From: Octopus sinensis
Taxonomy: Eukaryota
Length of the DNA: 64,000 nucleotides
Assembly (NCBI RefSeq): GCF_006345805.1
Contig: NC_042997.1
Location: forward strand, 146,320,001-146,384,000
Direction: 5' to 3'
Each line of letters opens with the position of its first letter. The stretch's first letter is position 1. The position numbers and the translations under genes are program-made. Shown in pieces: positions 52,932 to 64,000 of this stretch. Below the pieces are notes generated by a model. The model saw nothing but the letters and a program-made list of their open reading frames with translations, had not been told where the DNA came from and did not search any database.

Positions 52932-53193
52932 CAAAATTAAGAGGAATGATCACCAGGGTGGACTCTTAATATGCTAAATACAGACGTTAAATCGCCTTAC
53001 CACGAAGTCTGAGTTCTCAAGATTACGTAGGTAATCGTTTATATTTCGTATGTTTTCATTTGTCTTGCTCACTTTTACATTCTGGCGTTTACTGAAAGTT
53101 TTTTCTGAGAACACACTCATCGTGGTAAGGCGATCTGACATCTATATTTAGCATATTAGGAGTCCACTTTGGTGATTATTCCTCTTAATTTTG
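52932..53193. mobile_element. MITE with ~75-bp imperfect TIRs
   Basis: CAAAATTAAGAGGAATGATCACC...ATCGCCTTACCACGA versus TCGTGGTAAGGCGAT...GGTGATTATTCCTCTTAATTTTG. Confidence 0.8.
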
Positions 53194-53283
53194 TATGTAA
53201 TATAATTTTTAATCTTCAGATTTTCTAAATATGCTAAGCCGCTAGTTTTAATTTATTAATATCAATTTCTACCCTCACTATTG

Positions 53284-53340
<57 letters not shown>

Positions 53341-54020
53341 AATTTAGGTAATGGTGTAGGTAAAATCCAGTCTACATATGTTTTCTAGCTAGCAAAACCT
53401 TAGAAGTAATAATTACTCAACCAGGGGTACTCGACTGACTAATCATGGAGTCGAAGATACCTTAGTTAAGTGGAAGTTACATTATCGTCAATGGATCCCG
53501 ATGTAACTCGCAGGAGTTATGACTTAAAATGAGTGGTGAAGCAAGAAAGACAGAGTGAAAAAAAAGAAAATAGAAAAACATTTGTATTCTGACATAATGT
53601 ATGGGAGTGTGCAATTGTTTAGGGTTTTTATGAATAAAGAAATGTAGAGGCGGGAAGAAGAGGAATTTTAGTTAGAGTGAAGCTAACTAGGGGAAGGTCG
53701 TGAATATTAAGGATCTTACAATTACATATAATTTTACATACATGTATACATACATACATACATACATACTACATACATACATATATATATATATACATAC
53801 ATACTTACATACATATATGCATACATGTATGCATGCATGTATGTATGTATGTATGTATGTGTGTATGTATGTGTATGAGTGTATGTATGCTTGTATGTAT
53901 GTGTTTGTATGTGGAGACACACACATGAATGCATGTCTATCGAAGTACAATTTATATATAAATTTATACATATGCATATATACATTGATTTATACACACA
54001 TACACACACATGCACACGCA

Positions 54021-54072
<52 letters not shown>

Positions 54073-55381
54073 GAGAGGATAGAGAGCAACAAGAGAGAAA
54101 GAAGAGAAAAAAGGAGGAAATATTTGTGCCGCTATTGAATGATTTACTCATGGATTCGATCTAAATCGAACGCCTAAACATGTGGCACCACAGTTTTAGC
54201 AAATGTGTGGTATGCTTAAGCAAGCTATATATTAGTTGCACACTCCGTAGACAAATGAATATTATACTAGCTGAATTATGACAATCTATAAGTAAAAATT
54301 TAAAGGCGTTGATTGCGATCAAAGTACTCTTATGACATGGAGATGATGTTGCTTAAAATTATGAAACGTAAAATATTTTTTAGCGCAGTGGTGACTAAAT
54401 TGAAGTAAAGTATATATAATAAACAGCTTTGCTACAGACACTTTGTTTCACAAGGACATCTGTGAATCGTCGAATGACAATACGGCAGGATATGTTAACA
54501 TAAAATGTTCGCGGTCTTTCTTTTCTCTTATAACGTTGAATAGCTGCCGAGCGGTATCCATTACCGACTAGCGGCCACTGTGAGAAAGAGAACAGTCCTC
54601 TTTAAAAGGAAAATACAGAAAAGGAAATTAAATAGAAAAACAAGGCCACAATAAAAATGAGAAAGAAGTAAAGATAAGAAGAAAATAAAAAAAAAGGATG
54701 AAAGAAATATAGACGAAAGCGTAACGAAATTAACTATGGTAGCGGTGTGTGCATATGATAGCTACAGGGGATGAAGTTTAGGCTCTTTTTTGGTTTAGGC
54801 CCGTATGTTCAGGCTGAGATGTCTGTTTCTTGAGCCGTTCATATGACAGTTGATAATTAAAAGATTAAATCTCTTGCCCACTACACACACACACACACAC
54901 AAAAGATGTCTAATTCAAAACTAAGAGTAAAGTTTAAAAATTTCTTTTCTGCTTTGATTTCATTTTTTCGTTTATACACATATCTAGTGTTTGGTTTCAT
55001 AATTTTTTTTTTCTTTGTTTAGCCCATAATTATTTTTTTGCTTTAAATTTTGTTTCTATCATAACTCAATCATCGATGTTCCTCCGTGGAATCAGCTGAA
55101 CCGATTCCAGTGTATTACTTTCTTTTACATATTTTACCAACCCGGATATATGAATATCAAAATGCCGTCAGAGAAAACTTCAGAATTACAGACGAAGGAA
55201 AGAACATTCTGCAAGTTCTTCAATCTAGAGCACTGCACCGTTTCTGAAATTTCTCTCTTATCTATCTGCTAAGCATAGCCATAATATGCGCAAGGGGCGT
55301 TTCTCGAAACTTTTGCGAATTATTTTACCGGTATCAATTTTAAATTGGAAAATATACATTATAAATATATTTATAATATAA

Positions 55382-55435
<54 letters not shown>

Positions 55436-55455
55436 GCTACTACTACTACTACTAT

Positions 55456-55487
<32 letters not shown>

Positions 55488-55565
55488 ATAATAATAATAA
55501 TAATAATATCTATAATAATAATAATAACAATAATAATAATGATAAAATAATAAATTATGTAGACG

Positions 55566-55596
<31 letters not shown>

Positions 55597-55619
55597 TATA
55601 TATATATATTATATATATA

Positions 55620-55657
<38 letters not shown>

Positions 55658-55720
55658 GACGAGCTTCTTTCAGTTTCCGTCTACCAAATCCACTCACAAG
55701 TGTTTGTCGTTAATTGCTTG

Positions 55721-55786
<66 letters not shown>

Positions 55787-55997
55787 CAACATTTAACGAC
55801 AAACACTTGTAAGTATTAAACGAACTTTAGGTTAGTTAAAATATGTTGTGACATTTTAATTTCTAAAGACAAATTCACTGCATCTACGTAGAGAGAAAAA
55901 TATCTCTTATAGTAAAACGTGTAAAAGCACATCTACCCAGTACTTCACCGGTTGTCAAGTACGGCAAATGTCAAGTGCAATGCAAAGACACACACAC

Positions 55998-56107
<110 letters not shown>

Positions 56108-56114
56108 TATATAT

Positions 56115-56157
<43 letters not shown>

Positions 56158-57129
56158 AGAAACATCCCAGATCAAAATTCCCAAGAACAGAAAAATAGCA
56201 TTCAGCCAACACATTCGACATTTGCGCCAGTAACAAAAATACAAGCTTCAGAATTTTTTCTCTACCAATTCAGGGACGATACAACTTGTAGCCAACGAAT
56301 TAGTAAAGAGACTTTATTACAAAATACAGGCCCATTTTCAAGGCACCTACAACAAACGACAAATCCACCTCGGCCTTAGAATAACACACGCAAATATTAA
56401 TAATGATACATTCAAAAGACACCCAAGAATTCATTAAAAACAGTCCAAATCACTGCTATAATCCACAACGTATCACTTTTAGATCACTTGACCATTTCAC
56501 ATCCTACTACTATCAAACCATCGCGCATTCTCTTATTCTCTCTTCTGCTCTTTCTCCTTCTTCGTCTTCTTCTTCCTCTCCGCCACCTCCTTCCTTACTT
56601 TACTACTACTCTGTTTAGAATAACACCTACGTAGATATTATAAACAATACATTCAAAAGAGATATCTCAAGAATTCAATCACTACTACCATCCACAACAA
56701 GTCACTTTCGGGGCACTTGACCATTTAGCATCCTTCTACAATCATAGCACTCCCGCATTCTTCTTCACAACGATATGAATACTCCTCATTATGAATATAA
56801 TGAAGAGTATACAAATACCTATATAATAATAATAAATTGGAAAAAATTCTATGTAAATTTTAAACGTCTTTCTGTTTATATTTGTTTTCCTTTAAATCTC
56901 ACCTACTGAAGAGTACAAATTCGATCTTTATGATGTTCTCTTTATGGAAATCTTGGTCCTTTTGTCCGAAAATGATTGTCTGGGAAAATGAAATAAAAGC
57001 ATAATCCATTTTAACATCCAATCTGCTTCATTTCATTTATTTGATGAAATTTATTGAAATTTGTTTAATAAAGTCTGATATTGATTGTTTCTTTACATAC
57101 TTTCATAGCTATATGATTTAAAAATTCGT

Positions 57130-57650
57130 AAACTACGTATGAAGAAAAGACATTAGAAATCTATGGAAAAAGTTCCTATTAAATGACGAAGATAAATTCA
57201 TCGTTATATACATACATACATACATACACACGCGCGCGCATATATATATATATACACACACACGATCGAAAAGATGAATGACAATGAACTTTTTGTGTGA
57301 ACTGTCTGTGACAGACCATAACTGTCTTTTGCTGGGCTCAAATCTCACCTTCGAAACCATGGAAAGTAAACCTCCACCAACTATTCTGCCTACATCCCTG
57401 TGCACACCTTTAAATGCAGTGTATGCCAGAATGTTTGCAAATCCAACGGAGGCCTTAAAAGACATTTTAAGATCCACAAAGATCAGAATTTATCTGCAGC
57501 TCTTGGTGGTCCAAATTCGATGTGCAATCTGTGTGGTTGTCTTTTCAGAACATTGTCTGGCGTAACAAGACACATCAGATGCCATGATGGTGCTAAAGTG
57601 TAGGTACAAGAGGTGGTCAAACTCTGCATAATGAGTAGACAACCACCATA
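57130..57650 (+). mobile_element. 3' end of an RTE-like LINE with three C2H2 zinc fingers
   Basis: One frame 57274-57603: (C)TVCDRP(C)LSFAGLKSHLRNH, CSVCQNVCKSNGGLKRHFKIH, CNLCGCLFRTLSGVTRHIRCH, with stops in finger 1. Upstream IRNLWKKFLLN. A short 3' UTR ends in (TA)n. Confidence 0.6.
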
Positions 57651-58350
57651 TATATATATAATATATATCATATAATATAATATAAAGAGAGACAGATAGA
57701 TTAGACAGACAGAGGTATGTTAATTCGAAAGTGATCTGTGAGTGATCATTGATAAATTAGTATTCTGGGATAAATTAGTATACTCGACCATAGAGGAAGA
57801 TGAATACTGAACTTCAGTCTAAAACGATTTAGAATCTGCATAATTACCAAAAAACAATACATATGAAAATTAATTAAGAATATTTCTCAAACAACTACAA
57901 TAACACTAGGATGTAGTTTTTACGATAACTTGTAATATTACAAGATGCATGAGCATATATGTATGTGCGCGCGCGTGTATGTGTATACTCGTGTATTTAC
58001 ATGCATGCATATATATAATATATATATGGATCTCCATACGTAAAACACACACATGTAAGTAGTGTACATAACTCCTCCTCACACACGCACATACACATAT
58101 ATATGCATACAAGTATATTTATGAATACACAAACACCCACACACACAAAGAAGCACATAGATGCAAAACAAGGTGAAAAAAATAGTACTCGAATACCAAA
58201 GGTAGAGTTATATGATATTTATTAAAGCTGAAAAAATCTTTACAAATTGTTCCCCAGGATCTTACCTGACCGTTCATCAGACAGTTGTAATATATACACA
58301 TATATACATACATATATACCTATATGCGTGTGTGTATCAAGTTTGTATCA

Positions 58351-58440
<90 letters not shown>

Positions 58441-58458
58441 GCATGTATGTATGTATAT

Positions 58459-58604
58459 AGGCGCAGGAGTGGCTGTGTGGTAGGTAGCTTGCTTACCAAC
58501 CACTTTGGGCAAGTGTCTTCTACTATAGCCTCGGGCCGACCAAAGCTTTGTGAATGGATTTGGTAGACGGAAACTAAAAGAAGCCCGTTGTATATTTGTA
58601 TATG

Positions 58605-58654
<50 letters not shown>

Positions 58655-58871
58655 GTGTGTGTGTGCTTGTGTGTCTGTTTGTTCCCCCAACATTTCTTGA
58701 CAACCAATGCTGGTGTTTTTACGTCCCCGTAAATTAGTGGTTCGGCAAAAGAGACCGATAGAATAAGTACTAGGCTTACAAACAATAAGTCCTGGGGTCG
58801 ATTTGCTCGACTAAAGGCGGTGCTCCAGCATGGCCGCAGTCAAATGACTGAAACAAGTAAAAGAGTAAAAG
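58459..58871 (+). mobile_element. SINE family A
   Basis: Near-consensus, with a deletion across the B-box region. Confidence 0.92.
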
Positions 58872-58946
58872 TGTATATATATATATATATATATAGATCT
58901 ATATGTATATCTCTATCTATCTAAATATATATATATATATATATAT

Positions 58947-58989
<43 letters not shown>

Positions 58990-59545
58990 CACACACACAC
59001 ACACACAAATAAACCAAACACACACAGATATTCTTTATTTATATTTCTTTTATAATTCTCTTTGCCCATTTACCACCAACATCCATCAAGATGCAAAGCC
59101 TAATCACTCAACTTGTCATCCTTTCACCGAATAAAACCATAGTGTTATTTTTTTACTGGGTCACTAATTGTGTTTGAAAAGGCTTCTTTTTGATTTGTAG
59201 GTCAGAATAATTGAAGCCCCTTACTCCTAAGTCCATGCCCAAGCGTCACCCTAACAATAGGACCCCTTTCTCCACTGTGGTAGCGTTTTTTTTCTTTCTC
59301 TTTTGTTTTTCTTGCTTACTGTAGGTTCATGGAAAACGAGTTCCCTTGACGAATAATGAATGGTGGAATAGCTTGAAGTCCTCTCTGTTCTGTTTGTTGA
59401 TGCTTACTTCTGAGAAGCGAAGTTAAAAGGATTTCGTCCTAGGAGGTACTGCCGATATCACCCACAAAGTGAAGTTGAAAAAAGAAGTCCCTTGTCCTTC
59501 TATTCCTTTCTTCTTCTCTTCTTCTTCTTCTTATTCTTATTCTTC

Positions 59546-59580
<35 letters not shown>

Positions 59581-59733
59581 TTATTATTGTTTTATTATTG
59601 TTGTTGTGTTGTTGTTGTTGTTGTTGTTGTTGTTTGTTATATTATTATTATTATATTATTATTATTATATTATTATTATTATTATTATATTATTATTATT
59701 ATTATTATTACCATTATTATTATTTTCTTTCAT

Positions 59734-60102
59734 GAAGATCGGTGAGCTGGCAGAAACGTTAGCATGCCGGGTGAAATGCGTGGCCGTATTTCCTCTGTCG
59801 CCACGTTCTGAGTTCAAATTCCGCCGAGGTCGACTTTGCCTTTCATCCTTTTGGGGTCGATGTAATCGACTTAATCCGTTTGTCTGTCCTTGTTTGTCCT
59901 CTCTGTTTAGCCCCTTGTGAGTAGTAAATAAATAGGTATTTAGCCCATCGCTACGTTCTGAGTTCAAATTCCGCCAAGGTCGACTTTGGTTTTCATCATT
60001 TCAGGGTCGATAAAGTAAGTACCAGTTGTGTACTCGGATCGATTGTAATCGACTGGCCCCTTCCCCCAAAATTTCAGGCCTTGTGCCTATAATAGAAAAG
60101 AT
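59734..60102 (+). mobile_element. SINE family B dimer
   Basis: Two units; the first has a deletion between two GGGGTCGAT direct repeats. Confidence 0.85.
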
Positions 60103-60958
60103 TATTATTATTGTTGTTATTATTATTATTATTATTATCATATTATTATTATCAAGACTCTCATCTTTGCAACGAAAGTTTTGGAACCAAGCTTGAATTG
60201 CACGTTTATTGCAGTTCCGTGGTCAATTGCATGTTTGACGTCACGAGTAATTCTTGTTACATTGAGTTCTCGAATTTGTTTTTGTTCACTTTTATTTTGA
60301 CAACCTAAGATAATTAAGAATAAATGCTGAAAGCAAAACCATTAACATAAACCAACGCAACAAATTATGTATAAAATTACATGTGCCTAGCTAAATAAAA
60401 TTCGAAAATAAGCATCAAAATTTAAAATAAGAAATATCGCAATTACCTTATTATACTAAGGGAAACGTCCTGTTGTCGTCTCTTCCCAATATGCTAATTT
60501 TGGTTTTGGCGTATACCGGCCAGTTAGTGACCGTTTGACCCTGAATAAATTTCTGTTGCATTATTTCACTTGTATTTATTCCAGTCACTCTTTGAGTTAT
60601 ACCTTTCTATTTTTTTAGTTGGGTTGACCCTTTACAAGATCATGAAGACTGATAGGAGGGAAGATGGAAGTAATCCTGAAACGACGTATCAAAAATGACC
60701 ACAAATGATATGCAGCAATTGAATAAAATTCAATCTTTAAAGTTTCGTATTGTAGCAAAACTCGAAACCGAGTAGTCAAATTAAGAAGTTTAAGTTACGC
60801 CATAGTACAAACTTATTGACAGAAAAGGTCGAGTTATTGACTAATCAGCAACCAGACTTCACGTGATAGGTTCTTCTATATCGTTCTGGAACATGTCAGT
60901 ACAAGGGCTGTTTGTAATATAAGAGGCTTGCTTTTAGCGTCAATTTTCTAAGTGTGTG

Positions 60959-61574
60959 AAGGCGGCGAGCCAGCAGAGACGTTAGCACGCCGAGCGAAGT
61001 GCTTCGCGGTATTTCGCCCGTCGCTACGTTCTGAGTTCAAATTCCGCCGAGGTTGACTTTGCCTTTCATCCTTTGGGGGGTCGATAAATTAAGTACCAGT
61101 TACGCATTGGGGTCTATGTAATCGACTTAATCCCTTTGTCTATCCTCGTTTGTCCCCTCTATGTTTAGCCCCTTGTGGGCAATAAAGAAATAAGAAACGT
61201 TAGCACGCCGAGTGAAATGCTTAGCGGTATTTCGTCTGTCGTTACGTTCTGAGTTCGAATTCCGCAGAGGTCGACTTTGCCTTTCATCCTTTCGGGATCG
61301 ATTGAATAAGTACCAGATACGCACTGGGGTCGATGTAAGCGACTTAATCCGTTTGTCTGTCCTTGTTTGTCCCCTCTGTGTTTGGCCCCTTGTGGGTAGT
61401 AAAGAAATAGGTATTTTGTCTGTCTTTACGTTCTGAGTTCGAATTCCGCCGAGGTCGACTTTGCCTTTCATTCTTTCGGGGTCGAGTAAATAAGTACCAA
61501 CTGCGTACTGGGGTCGATCTAATCGACTGGTCCCCTCCCCCAAAATTTTGGGCCTTGTGCCTAGAGTAGAAAAG
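60959..61574 (+). mobile_element. SINE family B trimer with 17-bp TSD (1 mismatch)
   Basis: Three units. AATTTTCTAAGTG(T/C)GTG at 60942-60958 and 61575-61591. Confidence 0.9.
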
Positions 61575-62088
61575 AATTTTCTAAGTGCGTGGTGACATGC
61601 AGTCAACTCCATATACTCTCTTGCCGTTTTTAATAGTCGTTTTAACGACATTTTGCTCAACGTGGATACGGCGATATACTTAGATGATATCAATCAACTG
61701 TGTATATTTTCTCTTGTCTTGACAAACTTCAGTACAGACTTTTGTAATCAACTATAAATAACACATCTGAATTGTTCCTTCAATTGTGTTAAATTGTTGT
61801 GGAGCTTCATAACCCATGACCAACCTCAATATTACGAGTGTGGTGAAATAAAATTTATTATTAAATCTTTGCTTGGTGTTGTTACATCAATCGAATGCAG
61901 CCTCACATGCATATTCATCCAAGCAACAGTAACTTCTATATTTCTAATCCCTTCAAGCAAAACAGGTTTCTGTTTTTCATAATTAACACTAAAAACTACA
62001 TCTGTCTAGAAATTTTCAAACAAATCAAATCTGGTGTGTGAAACTGAAATGATCTGATATAGCCTTGAATGTTCTTCTTTCATCATAA

Positions 62089-62477
62089 ACTAGCTGTATC
62101 GCCCGGCGTTGCTCGGGTTTGTTTCGACCCTTTAGAATTGGAATTTTTGAAAAGTAAAAATTTTGCATTATGTAGCTTGTTATTCTCTTTAAGTGAACAT
62201 TTTTCTGGTTGAAATACACCGAAAAATGGCGACATAACAGTTTAAAAATCGTAAAAAGTAGGGATTTTCATAGAAAAAAAGCACCTTTTTTATGTAAATA
62301 ATTTTTGGTGGTAATATGGTCCGATTTGAATTTTTTCTTCTACGGAATGAAGAGCAAGCCTTCTTCTATCATACTCTCAATTTTAGTCAACTTGTGCCAC
62401 AGGGTCTCGGAGGAGATAGTGTTAGTTGAAGGCTACCAAACTTGCCATATACAGACAACTTCAGCTTTATATATAGA
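62089..62477 (+). mobile_element. Non-autonomous Helentron-type element (HINE/DINE-1-like)
   Basis: 5' ACTAGC...CCCGGCGTTGCTCGGG hairpin and 3' ACAGACAACTTCAGCTTTATATATAGA end; no TSD. Confidence 0.7.
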
Positions 62478-63429
62478 GAGATTTGATCTAACAGAGCTAA
62501 CCAAGAGTTACACAAGAAGCAAAAATAACAACATCAAATGAACAAACGATAGTGGAGCACCCTAGTCTCTCGACCTGCTAGAATTACCACTATAAAACTT
62601 CATAAATATGTCTGGATGATGTAATTCTGATTATTAGAATCCTTGAAACAAATACAAGATTGGTCACAGCAGGAAATCAGATCGAACACTGTAAAATTTA
62701 TCATAAATGTATCTCCCAACACGTGCAGACGTCATCGAAAAGCAGGAAAGTAACGACACTGCATAAAAAATGAAGGAAAAACTATAAATGTATTTGCTAC
62801 CAAATTCCCGCACAGCTACGAACACATGCTCCAGCGTTTACGAAGCATATATAAACATTTCAGTGAGAATATTCAATAACAACAATATAAAAAGAAGTGA
62901 TTTTATTATCTCTCTTCTCAGCATCACAGCGCTGCATGGAATGCATTAAAACTTTTCTCGTTAATTTAGAAGCCAAAAAAAAAAAGTCAAAAATGTCATC
63001 AAAGATAAACCTAAAAAGTAATTTTAAAATGTTTGAAATACTACGATACAAAGGCCTAAAAAAAAAAAAAAAGAAACAGTTTTATGCAGCAAGACAAATT
63101 TCTCCTACAGTCTTAGTACAGAAAGTAAGCATAGTACAATGTAGTCCAAAATACATTATACCAAAGAAAAAAGACGAGATCATCAAGGTTTATAGGCTCT
63201 TGATCAAAGTCGTGTTCGATTGCAATTGACCTCAGGCCAAACAACATCAGCAATAACAACTGTAATAAGACGACGTATAAATAGACAGGAGGGTGAAAGT
63301 GCAACATTCCCACACTGCCTCTCAGCACGACATGTACGCTGGATGTGACACCATGGCACAGGAGAAACATACTCACGGTCGATGTAGTTGACTGAACTCT
63401 CTGAAGGTGGTATTCAATCATAAACACAG

Positions 63430-63569
63430 TGCATGAGTGGAATTAGTTGCTTCCCAACCACATGGTTCTGGGTTCAGTCCCACCGTGGGCAAGTATCTTC
63501 AACTGTAGCCTCTGGTTGACTAAAACATTGTGAGTGGATTTGGTAGACGGAAACTGAAAGAAGCCCGAC

Positions 63570-63600
<31 letters not shown>
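63430..63600 (+). mobile_element. SINE family A head
   Basis: CCCAACCACATGGTTCTGGGTTCAGTCCC...GGAAACTGAAAGAAGCCCG. Confidence 0.85.
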
Positions 63601-63601
<1 letters not shown>

Positions 63602-64000
63602 ATGTATATGTATGTATATTTATACCTTACTTTCCTTTAATTTTCTCTGTCGTTTGTACTCTGTGTAAGTTGGATGTAATAATTCTGCTTGTTCCTCCAT
63701 TACTTAGCCCGTCCGTTACGCCTCTACGTGATTAGTTGAAGGAGGAAGGGAGATGTCGGGGAGGGGAGGCATAGGTAGTGGTACTGAAATGTGTAATTTT
63801 TTTAACTGAGTATTTTTCTCTGTTACTTATCCCGTTTGTAACGCTTTCACGTGGTTAGTTGAAGGAAAAGGTGAAGAACGAAAGAAAAAGGTGAGGGAAA
63901 TAAAGGATAAAGCGAAGAGTGATAGAGAAATAAGAAGCGTGTTGTGTATTACGGATTCCATGGACAGACGTTTACGGATTCCATGGACAGCGAGGCTCAC

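Noticed and set aside
60645-60692. Hammerhead-like CTGATAG...GAAACGACGTATC
   Set aside because: The core deviates at G8/A9 and helix I is only 2 bp. At best an unrecognisably decayed copy.
63949-63990. 23-bp-period duplicate TTACGGATTCCATGGACAG at the window end
   Set aside because: Only two copies are visible and the window ends; the resemblance to the array's TTACGGAATT is too short to mean anything.

Overview
Eukaryotic, AT-rich, repeat-dense DNA with no recognisable intact gene. The SINE families and microsatellite load look like an Octopus (coleoid cephalopod) genome; this is inferred from family resemblance, not a search. Nearly all ORFs in the supplied track are microsatellite translations. 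The supportable features are: many tRNA-derived SINEs from at least four families; decayed Tc1/mariner and pogo/Tigger transposons and MITEs; Helentron-type HINE elements; and LINE remnants (Tx1/L1-like RT, REL-endonuclease LINE, RTE-like zinc-finger tail). The standout is a 4.5-kb array (22717-27224) of ~495-bp near-identical units. About 6.5 units run one way, then ~2.6 units are inverted head-to-head at 25952-25953, and the whole sits in a (TA)n tract. By manual base-pairing, every complete unit encodes a type I hammerhead ribozyme: an 8-bp helix I, CUGAAGA and GAAA cores, a GUA cleavage triplet, a palindromic UGCA loop III, and an unusually long G-U-rich helix II. This is the architecture of a retrozyme or self-cleaving satellite that would yield ~495-nt monomeric, possibly circular, RNAs. 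Decayed minimal Penelope-type hammerheads occur elsewhere in the window. All structures were read by eye; no folding or database search was run.
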